From Thermoanaerobaculia bacterium (GTDB lineage: Bacteria > Acidobacteriota > Thermoanaerobaculia > Multivoradales > Multivoraceae): a stretch of 64,000 nucleotides of DNA. Made by a program: the position numbers and the translations under genes. The stretch spans positions 6,528,001-6,592,000 of the forward strand of contig OY761158.1 in the NCBI GenBank assembly GCA_963664405.1. The letters run 5' to 3'. The notes below the pieces were generated by a model. The model was given only the letters and a program-made list of their open reading frames with translations. It was not told the origin of the DNA and searched no databases. How positions within the stretch are numbered: the first letter of the stretch is position 1; every line of letters begins with the position of its first letter. Shown in pieces: positions 40,956-52,226 of the stretch.

Positions 40956-41678
40956 CTACCCGCGGACACCCATCAGCATCCGCCAGTCGTCAAGCGAGCC
41001 CATTCGCATATAGGTGTTGCGGCGTAGCTCATGACCGATGGTCGAGGTGGGGGAGGGGCCGTAGTCGTGGCCCGGGAAGAGGACCGTGTCCTCAGGGAGC
41101 TTGGCGAGCTTGCCGGTCAGAGAGTGGTACATGGCATCGGGGTCGGATCCGGGCAGGTCGACCCGCCCGCATCCTTCCACGAAGAGGGTGTCGCCGGCGA
41201 CCAGGGCTCCCTCGATCAAGAAGCATTGGCTGCCGGGCGTATGCCCCGGCGTGTGGATGAACTGAATCTCCCGATCGCCGAGCTTCAGCTTGTCCCCGTC
41301 GTCCACCTTTCGAAGGTCGGTCTCTGAGACGCCGGTGACCTTGATCACGCCGGCCGCCTCGTGCTTGTTGACGTGGAGAGGAACCTGCTTGCGCTCGAGC
41401 AGCCTGGCGAGGCCCTCGACGCGCATTCCGAACATCTCGCCGCCGATGTGATCGGGGTGGTAGTGGGTGACCAAGGCTCCCACCACTTCGAAATCGTCTT
41501 CTTCGGCAATGTCGAGGAGCCCGTCGACGTCCCACGCCGGGTCTACGACGAGCGCCTTTCTGGTACTGGGGTCGCCCATGAGATACATGAAGTTGCGCAT
41601 CTGCCCCGCGGCTGGATGGTTGGTCGCAACCTGCTGGCCGGCGAGAAGCTGGCGGAAGTAGAGCTCTGGTGCTGACAT
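40956..41678 (-). CDS. MBL-fold hydrolase (glyoxalase II-like)
   Basis: THYHPDH, HTPGHTPG, GDTLF, PGHDY. Confidence 0.9.
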   Translation of the reverse strand: MSAPELYFRQLLAGQQVATNHPAAGQMRNFMYLMGDPSTRKALVVDPAWDVDGLLDIAEEDDFEVVGALVTHYHPDHIGGEMFGMRVEGLARLLERKQVPLHVNKHEAAGVIKVTGVSETDLRKVDDGDKLKLGDREIQFIHTPGHTPGSQCFLIEGALVAGDTLFVEGCGRVDLPGSDPDAMYHSLTGKLAKLPEDTVLFPGHDYGPSPTSTIGHELRRNTYMRMGSLDDWRMLMGVRG

Positions 41679-41687
41679 TGCGGGTTC

Positions 41688-43952
41688 CTATTGCTGTCGA
41701 TCTGCGACCGCCGCAAGAATTCTCGGCGGCGTCATCGGCAGCCTGGTGAGGCGCACCGACTTCGCATCGTTGATGGCATTGGCGATCGCCGCCGCCGTAG
41801 CGATGACCGGTGGCTCCCCCACCCCTCTCGCCCCCATCGGGCCGAGGTCGGACGGCACCTCGATGATCTTGCAGTCAAGCCGGATCGGGGCCTGGTCCAT
41901 ATCCGGCACGGCGTAGTCCATCAGGGTGCCGGTCAGCAGCTGCCCCTCGGAGTCATGCAGCAGGCTCTCGTAGAGGGCCCAGCCGACGCCTTGCATGCCG
42001 CCGCCCGCGATCTGGCCCCGCACCGCCGCCGGATTGATTGCCTTGCCGGCGTCCTGGACCAGGACCAGTTGGTGGACTTTGACCGCACCGGTCTCTTCGT
42101 CGACCTCTACCTCGGCCAACTGGGCGCAGAAGCCGGGCGACTGAACATTGTTGGCGTGACGACCGTGGGCGAAGACCGGGGCGTATTTTCCACCGAAGCG
42201 CATCGTTCGCGAGGCGATCTTGCCGAGAGGGAGGGCCTGGTCCGGTGCCCCCTTGACTTGGACCTGAGCATCGATGATCTCGAGATCGGCGACGTCCGCT
42301 TCTAGCATCTCGGCGGCCAGGGCCAGAGTTTGCTTACGGGCTTCGGCGGCTGCCGCCAGGACTGCGGGGCCGACGGTATAGATGGTCTTGCTGCCGCCGG
42401 AGGCGCCGGCGTAGGGGCCGGTGTTGGTGTCGCCGCTGACGATACGAATCTTCTCCGGGTCGACGCCGAAGGCATCGGCCGCCAGAAGAGCAAAACTGGT
42501 GGTGGTGCCGGTGATATCGACAGAGCCGACATGAACATGCACCGTACCGTCGCGCTCGAGACTGCAGCTTGCCGAGGCCGGCTCGGTGCCGCCAGGCCAA
42601 CCACCGACGGCGATGCCGATGCCGCGCCCCTTGGCTCTGGCCTCATTTCTCTGCTGCCAGGCAGGATGCTGCTGTAGCGTTTCGAGCACCTGACGCAGCG
42701 CCATATTGCCCCACGGTGCACCGTGCACCATCGGATCGCCCGGATCGGCGGCGTTCTTCAACCGCAGCTCGATGGGATCCATGTCGAGCTTGCCGGCAAG
42801 CTCGTCCAGCGCCTGCTCCAGAGCGAAAGCAGCCTGCGGCGAGCAGGGTGCGCGGTAAGCGCCGACCGAAGGCTTGAAGGTCACTATCTCCCTGGCGCGA
42901 ATGCGTAGATTCTTCACCGGATAGAAGCTTCCCAGAAGGATAGCGGCCAGCCCCGTCATGCCTGCCGGGTAGCAGCCATCATCCAAGAGGCAGTCCGCGT
43001 CGATGGCGGTCAGGGTTCCGTCTTCGGTGGCGCCGAGGCGGATCGAGATTCTGCTCGCGGGAGCTGGGTTACCGGCCGCCAGCTCATCCCCTCGGCTCAA
43101 CACCAATCGGATCGGACGCCCTAGCTTCCGTGCCGCGAGAGCGATTAGAGGATCGTAGAGCAGGAATTTCCCGCCAAAACCGCCTCCGACCGCCGCCGGC
43201 ACGACATTGACGTCGGACTCGGTGACTTCGAGGATCTTGGAAATCTCCTGGCGGACGAAGAAGCTCGCTTGAGTGCTGGTGTAAACCGTTGCGCCACCGG
43301 TGACGAGGTTGGGCTCGACCAGCGTGGCGTGTGGCTCGAGGTAGCTCTGATGCACTCCCGAGGTCTCGAAGGTTCGGTCGACGACGACGGCCGCGGCGGC
43401 GAGTGCGGCTTCGACATCCCCGTTGTCGAAGCGAGTTTGGGACATCAGATTGGAGGGCTCTTTGGCGCTTTCTTCCTCGGCTCCGCCGCCGGCGCCGTGG
43501 GCTCCCGCCTCTTCGGACTTGCCAGGCACCCCATCCGGCCACACCAACGGCGCGTCGGCGGCGAGCGCCTCTTCAAAGCCGACAGCGGCGGGCTGTGGCT
43601 CGTAATCGACGATCACCCTCTCGGCGCCGTCCTCGGCGGCTGCCTCGGTCTCGGCGAGGACGAGGGCGACGGGTTGGCCGACGAAGATGACACGATGTCG
43701 AGCCAGTAGTAGACGCCCTCTGGTGGCCGGCACCAGCGAAGGTAGGTCGTCGGCGGTGATGACGGCCGTGACCCCCTCGGTAGCTCGCGCCTCTTCGGTC
43801 TGGATGGTCGAGAAGGTGGCGTGAGCGTAGGGGCTGGTGACCAGGCGGCCGTGGAGCATGCCTGGGCAGCTCTGGTCGGTGCCGAAACGCGTCGCGCCCA
43901 GAACCTTTTCTCTACCGTCGATGACAGGGCGAGATGTGCCTACATGAGCCAT
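41688..43952 (-). CDS. Xanthine dehydrogenase-family molybdopterin-binding subunit
   Basis: GGGFGGK, GAYRAP, AINPAAVRGQ, GARGVGE. Confidence 0.92.
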   Translation of the reverse strand: MAHVGTSRPVIDGREKVLGATRFGTDQSCPGMLHGRLVTSPYAHATFSTIQTEEARATEGVTAVITADDLPSLVPATRGRLLLARHRVIFVGQPVALVLAETEAAAEDGAERVIVDYEPQPAAVGFEEALAADAPLVWPDGVPGKSEEAGAHGAGGGAEEESAKEPSNLMSQTRFDNGDVEAALAAAAVVVDRTFETSGVHQSYLEPHATLVEPNLVTGGATVYTSTQASFFVRQEISKILEVTESDVNVVPAAVGGGFGGKFLLYDPLIALAARKLGRPIRLVLSRGDELAAGNPAPASRISIRLGATEDGTLTAIDADCLLDDGCYPAGMTGLAAILLGSFYPVKNLRIRAREIVTFKPSVGAYRAPCSPQAAFALEQALDELAGKLDMDPIELRLKNAADPGDPMVHGAPWGNMALRQVLETLQQHPAWQQRNEARAKGRGIGIAVGGWPGGTEPASASCSLERDGTVHVHVGSVDITGTTTSFALLAADAFGVDPEKIRIVSGDTNTGPYAGASGGSKTIYTVGPAVLAAAAEARKQTLALAAEMLEADVADLEIIDAQVQVKGAPDQALPLGKIASRTMRFGGKYAPVFAHGRHANNVQSPGFCAQLAEVEVDEETGAVKVHQLVLVQDAGKAINPAAVRGQIAGGGMQGVGWALYESLLHDSEGQLLTGTLMDYAVPDMDQAPIRLDCKIIEVPSDLGPMGARGVGEPPVIATAAAIANAINDAKSVRLTRLPMTPPRILAAVADRQQ

Positions 43953-44027
43953 GCTTGCGTCCTTTACTTGATTGGAGTGGGATTCTCGTCCACCCGAAGT
44001 CCTAGGTCAAGGTCGTGGAGAGCTGAC

Positions 44028-44194
44028 CTAAGCGCCGTGTCTCCGACATGGCTTACCAATATCTCGGCCCCTTTTGCCCGCTGCCGTCGTCACGACTCGT
44101 CGACATATTCCCAATATGCCTGCCTCGTCGCTCCTTGACAGCGAACAAAATGACCTCGAGCTCTTGGCAAGCCATGTCGGAGACACAACACTCG
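44028..44194. repeat. MITE-like element copy 4: same core, different terminal inverted repeats
   Basis: GTGTCTCCGACATGGCTT / AAGCCATGTCGGAGACAC flank a core shared with copies 1-3. Confidence 0.8.
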
Positions 44195-44202
44195 GAGAAG
44201 GC

Positions 44203-44925
44203 CTACGGCCTCTTCTTGAAAATGAACAGGTGCTGGGTCGGAAGCTCTTCCCATAGCTCCACGAGCTCGAAGCCGGCAGGCTCCCACTCCTTCAGTACCT
44301 GCTGTGGAGACATGCGGTGATCGAGCTTGATATGGGCAGCGGAGTCGCCGTCGAGGCGGAACTCCACCAGAGCGATGCGCCCGTTCGGAGCGAGGGCTTC
44401 GCTGAGCTTGGCCAGTACCGGGGCGGGGCGCTGCAGCTCATGGTAGACGTCGACCAGGAGGATCCAGTCGATCTCGCCCGGAGGGAGATGGGGATCGTCT
44501 TCTTTGGCGAGAATGGGGGCGATGTTCTCGATGCCCTCTCGCTCGGACAGCTGGCGCAGGATGCCGAGCATCTCGGGCTGGATGTCGACTGCGAAGACAG
44601 TTCCCTCGTCGCCGACGAGGCGGGCCATGCGGCGACTGTAGAAGCCGCTTCCACAGCCGAGGTCGGCGACAGTCTGGCCCCGCTTCAAGTCCATTTTCTC
44701 GAGCAGCGCCGCGGAGTTTTCTTCGGCCTCACGCTCTTGGCGCTCTAGCCATGGGGCTCCTCGGTAGGACATCACTCCGGCAACGGTGCGTCCCTTGAAA
44801 GCCGGGGCCGCTTCGATGCCAGGCTGCTGCCCGTTCGCAGCGGGTGACCCGCCGAGAGCCAGCAAGAGGCCGACGGCGCCGAGAGCTCGGGTATGAGTCG
44901 AGGAAGGTGGAGATGGGTGGCTCAT
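44203..44925 (-). CDS. Secreted class I SAM methyltransferase
   Basis: Signal peptide; WLER.ERE.EE, VADLGCGSG, VDVYHE, LPTQH. Confidence 0.88.
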   Translation of the reverse strand: MSHPSPPSSTHTRALGAVGLLLALGGSPAANGQQPGIEAAPAFKGRTVAGVMSYRGAPWLERQEREAEENSAALLEKMDLKRGQTVADLGCGSGFYSRRMARLVGDEGTVFAVDIQPEMLGILRQLSEREGIENIAPILAKEDDPHLPPGEIDWILLVDVYHELQRPAPVLAKLSEALAPNGRIALVEFRLDGDSAAHIKLDHRMSPQQVLKEWEPAGFELVELWEELPTQHLFIFKKRP

Positions 44926-45106
44926 GCGATCTCGAGGACCGCCCTAGGATAGGTCCTGTCCACGAGCGAGGCAAATCCAAGAACGTCGGCATCGGGGGGG
45001 CGCCGATCGGCCTTGAAGGTCGGCTAGGGGCGTGATATCTTCGTAACCCCTTTTTCTCACAGAAAGGGTCCCGAGGTGGGCCAAGGGTAGCGGCTTGCAT
45101 CTCCGT

Positions 45107-45616
45107 ATGGATTTTTTCTCTTATCTACAGACGGCACGAGTAGAGAGTGTCGGTTTTCGCCCGCCCGAGTCGGTCGGCAGCGACGCGACTGTGGCGGAAG
45201 TGATCGATATCATGCAGAGCCGGAGGGTGGGCTGTATCCTCGTGGTGTCCTCAGAGCGCGTCCTCGAGGGCATTTTCACCGAGCGCGATCTGATGCGTAA
45301 GGTCCTGTCTCACCAGGGAGATGCCGAGTTCGGCGACCCGATTGCCAAGGTCATGACCAAGGATCCCGTAACGGTGCGCGAGGACGAAACTCTGGCGGTT
45401 CTCTTTCGCCGGATGTACGAAGGCGGCTTTCGCCATATGCCGCTGCTCGACAGCGCGGGCCGGCTTCTCGGCACGGTTTCTATCAAGAGGGTGGTCAGCT
45501 TTCTCGCCGATCAGTTTCCTGAGACCGTTTATAACCTGCCGCCAAGAGGGTGGTCGAGCCGGAAAAATTCGGCGCGCCCCGCGAGGGCGCATGATCTGTC
45601 CCTCTTGCAGCTTTGA
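45107..45616 (+). CDS. CBS-domain protein (probable 3' frameshift)
   Basis: GIFTERD, GGFRHMP. Confidence 0.85.
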   Translation: MDFFSYLQTARVESVGFRPPESVGSDATVAEVIDIMQSRRVGCILVVSSERVLEGIFTERDLMRKVLSHQGDAEFGDPIAKVMTKDPVTVREDETLAVLFRRMYEGGFRHMPLLDSAGRLLGTVSIKRVVSFLADQFPETVYNLPPRGWSSRKNSARPARAHDLSLLQL

Positions 45617-46118
45617 TAACCTCGAGGGGGCGGATTCCTGTGCCGCTTGCCTCATGGATCTTCGTGCTCTAGACGAGCCACGAACCGAGGACTCTCTCGA
45701 GGACAGCCTGATGCACGAGCCGGTCGAGAGCCTCGGGCCCAAGACGGCAGTGACCGTCACCCCCGAGACGACGATTCGCGATGCTCTCGAGTGTATGGTC
45801 GAAAACAACATCGGGTGCGTGCTCGTCGTCGGAGAGGGCAGAGTGGTCGGGATCTTCTCAGAGCGCGATTTACTGTTGCGAGTAGCCGGTAGAATGGACG
45901 AGGTAGAAGATCAGCCGATCTCCCGCTTCATGACCGTCTCTCCGCAGATGCTCGAAGTAGGAACGCCTCTCGCATTCGCGCTCAACCGCATGTCGCTGAA
46001 CGATTTTCGTCATCTTCCCCTGACCGAGGGTGGGGGGCTCTTGGGGATAATCTCTCTGCGCGATTTCCTGGGACTGCTTTTTCGCTCGCACCCGAACTTG
46101 GCTGCCACGGACGCTTGA
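45591..46118 (+). CDS. Zinc-ribbon plus CBS-domain protein
   Basis: CPSC...CAAC then GIFSERD, FRHLP. Confidence 0.88.
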   Translation: MICPSCSFDNLEGADSCAACLMDLRALDEPRTEDSLEDSLMHEPVESLGPKTAVTVTPETTIRDALECMVENNIGCVLVVGEGRVVGIFSERDLLLRVAGRMDEVEDQPISRFMTVSPQMLEVGTPLAFALNRMSLNDFRHLPLTEGGGLLGIISLRDFLGLLFRSHPNLAATDA

Positions 46119-46257
46119 GCCGTCTTGAGCCTAGCCCCAGAAAACGCGCCTTCGGCCCGTTTTCCGGCCCATCCCCGCCTGAGAACTACTCGCCTGTCCG
46201 AATTCTCGGACACGCTCCTAGCGCACCGACGAGCCGAGTGACGTAAGATCAGCGCAC

Positions 46258-46899
46258 TTGCCCGGAAAACGATCGAACGCTGCGGCGGTCTGTAAAGAGC
46301 TGCACCGGCTCTATCCTGATGCCGACTGTGAGTTGACCTACTCGAACCCTCTGGAGCTGCTGGTGGCGACGATACTGTCCGCTCAGTCCACCGATCGGCG
46401 CGTCAACCTGATCACCGGCACCTTGTTCAAGAAGTACAGGGCTGCCGCCGACTATGCGGATGCGGATGCCGAGGCTCTCGGTGAAGAGATTCGGTCGAGC
46501 GGGTTCTACCGCAACAAGACGAAGAGTCTGATCGGTATGGGCCGGGCCCTAGTGGAGCGCTACGGTGGCCAGATTCCACAGCAGATGGATGAGCTGATCA
46601 CGCTGCCGGGAGTGGCCCGGAAAACGGCCAATGTGGTCCTCGGAACGGCCTACGGGATCGCCGAGGGCTTCGTGGTGGACACTCACGTCAAGAGAGTCTC
46701 GGGTCGGCTCGGTCTCACCGCGGAGAGTACGCCAGGGAAGATCGAGAGCGATTTGATGGACTTGTTTCCGAGATCGCAATGGACTTTTCTCGCTCATGCG
46801 CTGATCTGGCACGGCCGTCGTGTCTGTCGCGCCCGCAGTCCAGGGTGCGACGAGTGCACTCTACGACCTCGCTGTCCTCGGCAGGGGCTTCCAGCATGA
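46258..46899 (+). CDS. nth: Endonuclease III
   Basis: LLVATILSAQSTD, LPGVARKTANVV, VDTHV, C-x6-C-x2-C-x5-C. Confidence 0.96.
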   Translation: MPGKRSNAAAVCKELHRLYPDADCELTYSNPLELLVATILSAQSTDRRVNLITGTLFKKYRAAADYADADAEALGEEIRSSGFYRNKTKSLIGMGRALVERYGGQIPQQMDELITLPGVARKTANVVLGTAYGIAEGFVVDTHVKRVSGRLGLTAESTPGKIESDLMDLFPRSQWTFLAHALIWHGRRVCRARSPGCDECTLRPRCPRQGLPA

Positions 46900-47606
46900 G
46901 GTCGCCGGGACTCTACTCTTTCAGCTGCTCCTTGGTGGCACTGGCGCTGAGCACTGCGTTGACGGCGGCTCCGCGCTACGCCACTCCCGAGGGGTGTCCC
47001 GACCCCGATAGCCATCGAGAAGAGCTGGCTCGAGGAGAGGTCCTGATCCGCGTCGCGGAACGCCCCGGCTCCAATGGCAAGGAGGGCTGTGCTGTTGTGC
47101 ACATCGCCGCCTCGCCACGAGAAGTGTTCACGGTGGTTCGCGCTGTCGAGCACTATGCTGAGTTTCTGCCTCGCGTAGCAGTGTCCGAGGTAGAAGAGAG
47201 TGCCGAAGGGGTCCGGCTGAACAAGCAGCGCATCCGTCTTCCCTTCCCGCTGGTGGATCGAAACTACACGGTACGTCTCGAAGAATCGCCGGTCGGCGAC
47301 GAGGGATGGGTCCTACTCTGGAGCTACGTGGAGGGCAGCGGCAACGTCAAGGATACTCGTGGTGGGTGGCTGGTGGAGGCGATCGAGAGCGGGTCCAGAG
47401 TGACCTACCATGTGTTTACGGATCCGGGAGGCTTGATTCCGAAGTGGGCTGTGAACAAGCTGTCGCTGCGGACCTTGCCGGATGTGCTGCGGGCTCTGGC
47501 AGATCGTGTTTTTCTGATGCGGACGAAGGGGGGAGGCGTGGGCTCATTATCGAGTCTGCGCTCCGGGAGTCTCGATCCGGTCGAGAGAAGTGTAAAAGTT
47601 CAGTAA
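46896..47606 (+). CDS. SRPBCC/START-domain secreted protein
   Basis: Signal peptide; LPFPLVDR, GGWLV, DPGGLIPKW. Confidence 0.8.
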   Translation: MRSPGLYSFSCSLVALALSTALTAAPRYATPEGCPDPDSHREELARGEVLIRVAERPGSNGKEGCAVVHIAASPREVFTVVRAVEHYAEFLPRVAVSEVEESAEGVRLNKQRIRLPFPLVDRNYTVRLEESPVGDEGWVLLWSYVEGSGNVKDTRGGWLVEAIESGSRVTYHVFTDPGGLIPKWAVNKLSLRTLPDVLRALADRVFLMRTKGGGVGSLSSLRSGSLDPVERSVKVQ

Positions 47607-47669
47607 AGCCCGGATCTTTCTCATCACTCCGAGCGTATTGGTAAATGTAGTCTCTTTCCTCGTTAGACG

Positions 47670-47706
47670 GCCCTCTCCCCTGAACCCGGAGGGGGCTCTT
47701 TTTTTG
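47670..47706 (+). terminator. Rho-independent terminator
   Basis: GCCCTCTCC-loop-GGAGGGGGC followed by T-run. Confidence 0.65.
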
Positions 47707-47777
47707 TACCGAATTGCGGGCGCGATCCTTTGTCGAGCGGGGCGCGTAGAGTCGTTAGCAGCGCATTTGGCGTTGGA

Positions 47778-50261
47778 ATGGAAGATTCGATGCTGATCTC
47801 AACCTCGAGCCTGAGCGTGTTTCCGGCGCGTCCAAGCCGGCGCCGACCTTGGATTGCGGGGGCTCTCCTGCTGTCGCTGGTTCTTCCCGTGACCGCTGCC
47901 CAGACGGAGGGCTCGGGCGTCGCGACGGGTCGAAGCGCCGAGCTCGAAGTTCGTTTGAACAGTGCTCTGAGGGCCAAGGGGAAGGGCTACGAGCCGCGGA
48001 CGAAGCATCTCCGCGACGACGGGAGTCCACTCTTCACCAACCGTCTGATTCTCGAGGACTCCCCCTACCTGCAGCAGCACGCCCACAACCCGGTCGACTG
48101 GTACCCCTGGGGTGACGATGCCTTCGAGAAGGCCCGGGCCGAGGGCAAGCCGGTCTTCCTCTCCATCGGCTATTCGACTTGCCACTGGTGTCATGTGATG
48201 GAGGAGGAGAGCTTCGACAATCTCGAAGTCGCGGCGTTGATGAACGAGATGTTCGTCTCGATCAAGGTAGACCGTGAACAGCGGCCGGATCTCGACGACA
48301 TCTACATGACGGCTATTCACCTCACTCGCGGCCGCGGGGGGTGGCCGATGTCGAGCTTTTTGACCCCCGAGGGAAAGCCCTTCTTCGGAGCTACCTACTT
48401 TCCTGCCGCCCAGTTCATCGAGCTATTGAACGCGGTCGATCGGGGTTGGCGGGAGGAGAGACCGAACCTGGTGGCGACCGCCGATCGACTCGCGAGCGCG
48501 GTGAGAGAGGTCACGGCTGCTCGTTCGGAAGCGACTGAGTTGAGCCCTGACGCGGCACGGCGGGCGAGCGCAGCCATGCTCGGCAAGGAGGACAAAGAGT
48601 TTGGCGGCTTCGGGAGCGCTCCTAAGTTCGCCAATGAGCCCGACCTGCTATTTCTTCTCGATCGGGCGCTGCGCACCGGCGATCCTGCTCTGGTCGAGAT
48701 GCTCGAGCGGAATCTCGACGCGATGGCGAGAGGTGGGATCTTCGATCAGGTGGGAGGAGGCTTTCATCGCTATTCGACGGATGCGAAGTGGCTGGTGCCC
48801 CATTTCGAGAAGATGCTCTACAACCAGGCACACCTGGCGCGCGCCTATCTGGTGGGCTATCGGCTGTTGGGGCGACCCTATTTCCGTCGTGTCGCGGAGC
48901 AGACTCTCGACTATGTGTTGAGAGAGATGACGGCGCCGGAGGGAGGCTTCTATTCCGCCACCGACGCCGACAGCGAAGGTGAAGAAGGTCTCTTCTTCTT
49001 GTGGACGCAGGCTGAGTTGAACGAGGCTCTTGGTGCGGAGCGGGCGGAGCCCATAGCCAAGCTCTTCGGTGTCTCCGAGGCAGGCAATTTCGAGGGCAGG
49101 AACATCCTCCACCTGCCGGTCCGGCTTGATGACTTCGCGGCCGAAAGAGAGCTTGATCTCGGGGTTTTTCTGAAACGTGTGGATGACGCGCGCCAGCGTC
49201 TATGGGTGGTGCGCGAAGGCCGCGAGCATCCGTTCAGAGACGACAAGATCATCACTGCCTGGAACGGGATGATGATTACCACCTTGGCCGATGCGTACTC
49301 CATTCTTGGTGAACCCGAGTATCGAGATGCGGCCTTGTCTGCGGCCCGCTTCTTGTGGCGAGAGAACCGCAAAGAGGAAGGCCGGCTGTGGCGAGTCCAT
49401 CTACGAGGTAGCTCGTCGATTGCAGCAATGCAAGAGGACTACGCCTACCTGGCTGAGGCCCTCTTTCATGTCTACGACATCAGCGGCGAAGTGATCTGGC
49501 TCGAGCGAGCGGAGGAGCTTCTCCTTGGCATGAAGGCTCAGTTCTGGGATCGGGAGGGTGGAGGCTTCTTTTCCACCAGTGAGGAAATCGATCCGAATCT
49601 GATTGCCCTCCCGAAGTCGCCCCGAGATCTAGCGATTCCTTCGGGCAACTCGGTCGCCCTGCGCTCCCTGGCTTTAGCCTACAATCGCACCGGTAGGGCC
49701 CAGTATCGCCAACAGGCTGACGAGCTGGTGCTGGCGTTTTCCGGCTTGATCGAAAAAGGGCCCTCCGGCTTTGCCTACCTCCTGCTGGGGGCGGCAGAGC
49801 TCGAGCAAGCTGCGGTTGGAAGTCCACTTTACGCTGCCCGCGGCAAGGTTTCCTTGAGAACAGAGACCAGCCGAGTCCCGGGGGGCCTGGGCGTCGCTCT
49901 GCACCTCAGGATCGCGCCGGGCTGGCACATCAACTCTTTCGCTCCGCTGGGAGGGGATTTGGTTGCGACCTCGGTGGAGCTCGAAGGCGAAGCCGAAGGT
50001 TGGAAAATCGAGGACCTTGCTTATCCAGATCCGAGTGTCGTTCAGCTGGGATTTCAAGCAGATCCACTGTCAGTCTATGACGGAGACCTCGACTTCCGCC
50101 TCAGGCTCGAGGCCCCGCCTGAGGCGCGTGGCGCCGGCGCGATCGCACCCCTCTTGCTGCGGCTGCAGGCCTGCGACGATCGTGTCTGTCTACGTCCAGA
50201 GGAGCTCTCTGTGCGCCTTCCTCTGGCTCCAATTCTCGGCCCTTCAGGAAATCGTTTCTGA
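47778..50261 (+). CDS. YyaL/SPATA20 thioredoxin-domain protein with C-terminal DsbD-N-like domain
   Basis: [34 protein letters not shown]; GWHINS...QACDDRVC. Confidence 0.92.
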   Translation: MEDSMLISTSSLSVFPARPSRRRPWIAGALLLSLVLPVTAAQTEGSGVATGRSAELEVRLNSALRAKGKGYEPRTKHLRDDGSPLFTNRLILEDSPYLQQHAHNPVDWYPWGDDAFEKARAEGKPVFLSIGYSTCHWCHVMEEESFDNLEVAALMNEMFVSIKVDREQRPDLDDIYMTAIHLTRGRGGWPMSSFLTPEGKPFFGATYFPAAQFIELLNAVDRGWREERPNLVATADRLASAVREVTAARSEATELSPDAARRASAAMLGKEDKEFGGFGSAPKFANEPDLLFLLDRALRTGDPALVEMLERNLDAMARGGIFDQVGGGFHRYSTDAKWLVPHFEKMLYNQAHLARAYLVGYRLLGRPYFRRVAEQTLDYVLREMTAPEGGFYSATDADSEGEEGLFFLWTQAELNEALGAERAEPIAKLFGVSEAGNFEGRNILHLPVRLDDFAAERELDLGVFLKRVDDARQRLWVVREGREHPFRDDKIITAWNGMMITTLADAYSILGEPEYRDAALSAARFLWRENRKEEGRLWRVHLRGSSSIAAMQEDYAYLAEALFHVYDISGEVIWLERAEELLLGMKAQFWDREGGGFFSTSEEIDPNLIALPKSPRDLAIPSGNSVALRSLALAYNRTGRAQYRQQADELVLAFSGLIEKGPSGFAYLLLGAAELEQAAVGSPLYAARGKVSLRTETSRVPGGLGVALHLRIAPGWHINSFAPLGGDLVATSVELEGEAEGWKIEDLAYPDPSVVQLGFQADPLSVYDGDLDFRLRLEAPPEARGAGAIAPLLLRLQACDDRVCLRPEELSVRLPLAPILGPSGNRF

Positions 50262-52226
50262 GCTCGCGGACGCGCGAGGCTCCTCTTCTCGCACTCTTCC
50301 CTTCCACAATAGGAGTAGCGCTCCGGCCATACCTAGGGTAGCGAGAACAAGTGCTCTGCCGCTGGGGTCTTCGATCCCTTCTGCCGCGAAGACTCCGATC
50401 CCGTTGTGAATGGCGTGCCAGAGCACGGCGGGAAAGAGGGAACCGCTGACCAGGACCACAAAGGCCAAGAGGACACCCAAGCCGGCGGTGGGGAGAAAGC
50501 GGAAGAAGGACATATGAAAGAGGCCGAAGAGGAGCGCCGAGAGAAGAATCCTCTGCGCCGGCGTGCGAGCGCCCAGGCCGCTGAGCAGCAAGCCGCGAAA
50601 GAAGATTTCCTCGACGACCGCAGGCAAGACGGCGAGAAGTAGAAAGAGCCGCCAGGCTGGGGTGTCTGGCGGAAAGAGGGTCGACTGAAGCTGGACCAGC
50701 GCTTCCTCCGGAATGGGCAGAAAGGGGGAAGTGCCCTGAACCAGCCCGGCTGCCAGCACGACCCCCGACGGTGCTCCCAGCAGGACAGCGGTCCACGACG
50801 AAGGCTTGGGTAGGCGCAACCGGAGGGTCGCCCTCGGCCCAAGACGGTAACGATGGAGGAGAAAGAGAGTGGCTGCGATGAGGACTGAGAAATTGAAGCT
50901 GAGCTGTGTAATTAGGCCGGCATCCGCTCCCATGAGAAAGGAAGCCGTGAGGAGGATCGCCCAGATTACCCCGGTCCAGCGCAGGATGTCGCGCCGGAAG
51001 CGGTTGGGGCCGGTCGGCCCCTGTTCGGGCTCGAATTCCACTGAGGTAATGAGGCTCTCTCGGCCGAGGAGGCGGACCGAGAGAGCTGCCAGCCACGTCG
51101 CCGCACCCGCTGTGACGACCCAGGACGCCACGACAAAAGGGAGGTCCAGACCTCCGGCGAGCACCTCTTTCACGGCGAGGCTGAGGTTGGCGATCGGCAC
51201 CAGCACCAGGATCGAGCGTAACGACGCCGCCGGCAGTGCCGCGGCCAGTGTTGGAGCCAGGGCGAGGACGAAGACGGGAAAGTAGAAGAGCTGCGCCTCT
51301 TTGTAGCTCTTGGCGTAGGCGGAGGTGAGCAAGAGAGCGCTCGCGATGAGAGCGGCGACCGGAAGATAGAGCAAGAGGAGGAGCGCGATTCGGCCGGACG
51401 TCAGCGTGGACGCCAGATCTCCCGGAAGAGAGATGACTCCGAGGGCTTGGTACAGCCAGAGCGAGAAAAGTTGTACCACGGTAATGCTGATTGCGACAAT
51501 GAAGATCGAGAGCTGCTTGGCTCCAACCAGCGTAGTGCGACTAACAGCGGTGGTGAGCAGGGTCTCTAGAGTCCCGCGCTCCTTTTCGCCGGCCAGGCTG
51601 TCGCTCGCCACCACCGAACCCCCAACCATCAGTAGCGAGACCAAGATCGTGCTGATAAAGCGACCGAGTTGGAGACCCATGGACTCGGCGGCTGAGGCCA
51701 GGTCGCGAGTCTCGATCAGGCCGGTGGCCGAGAGCGTGGTGGGGAAGCCGCGCTCGGCGAGAAGGTTTTCGCGAATCTCGTTTCTTGACTCCACTAGGGC
51801 GCGTCGAAAACGCTCACTTCCCTCTCTCGACAGGTCACGGTCAGCGCGAAAGTAGACCCGAAAGAGAGGCAGAGACGGATCGCTCGCTTCGTTCCCACCG
51901 GCAGCGAGCGAGCTCACCCAGAATTGGATCTCTCCGTCGGCCAGTGCGCGGGCGGCGTCTCGTTGCGAGCCGTCGAGCTCGTCGAAGTCGTCGTGATTCG
52001 GCGCCGCGGCCAGGAGCTCACGAGCGATGCTTGCGGACGGTCCGTCAACCAGGAACAGATATTTCGCGGCTTCGAGGCGCTCCTCTTGTTGAGAGGTCAC
52101 GAACTGCGAGATCAGGAGCATCAGTGGCCAAACCAGAGCGGGGAGCGCGACCGCGGCGAAGAGCGCGCGAGGTGAGCGAAGTAGTTGGCGCAGCTCGCAG
52201 GCGACGAGTGCTCTGAGTACGGTCAA
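50244..52226 (-). CDS. ABC exporter permease (NatB-like) fused to CPBP/Abi intramembrane protease
   Basis: [13 protein letters not shown]; EEIFFRG, FGLFH, HAIHN. Confidence 0.88.
   Translation of the reverse strand: MTVLRALVACELRQLLRSPRALFAAVALPALVWPLMLLISQFVTSQQEERLEAAKYLFLVDGPSASIARELLAAAPNHDDFDELDGSQRDAARALADGEIQFWVSSLAAGGNEASDPSLPLFRVYFRADRDLSREGSERFRRALVESRNEIRENLLAERGFPTTLSATGLIETRDLASAAESMGLQLGRFISTILVSLLMVGGSVVASDSLAGEKERGTLETLLTTAVSRTTLVGAKQLSIFIVAISITVVQLFSLWLYQALGVISLPGDLASTLTSGRIALLLLLYLPVAALIASALLLTSAYAKSYKEAQLFYFPVFVLALAPTLAAALPAASLRSILVLVPIANLSLAVKEVLAGGLDLPFVVASWVVTAGAATWLAALSVRLLGRESLITSVEFEPEQGPTGPNRFRRDILRWTGVIWAILLTASFLMGADAGLITQLSFNFSVLIAATLFLLHRYRLGPRATLRLRLPKPSSWTAVLLGAPSGVVLAAGLVQGTSPFLPIPEEALVQLQSTLFPPDTPAWRLFLLLAVLPAVVEEIFFRGLLLSGLGARTPAQRILLSALLFGLFHMSFFRFLPTAGLGVLLAFVVLVSGSLFPAVLWHAIHNGIGVFAAEGIEDPSGRALVLATLGMAGALLLLWKGRVREEEPRASASSETIS

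Noticed and set aside
41688-43952. Aerobic CO dehydrogenase CoxL
   Set aside because: Loop is AYRAPC, not AYRCSFR (form I) or AYRGAGR (form II)
47607-47706. Small RNA between SRPBCC and YyaL genes
   Set aside because: Only the terminator is supportable; no clear promoter or known family
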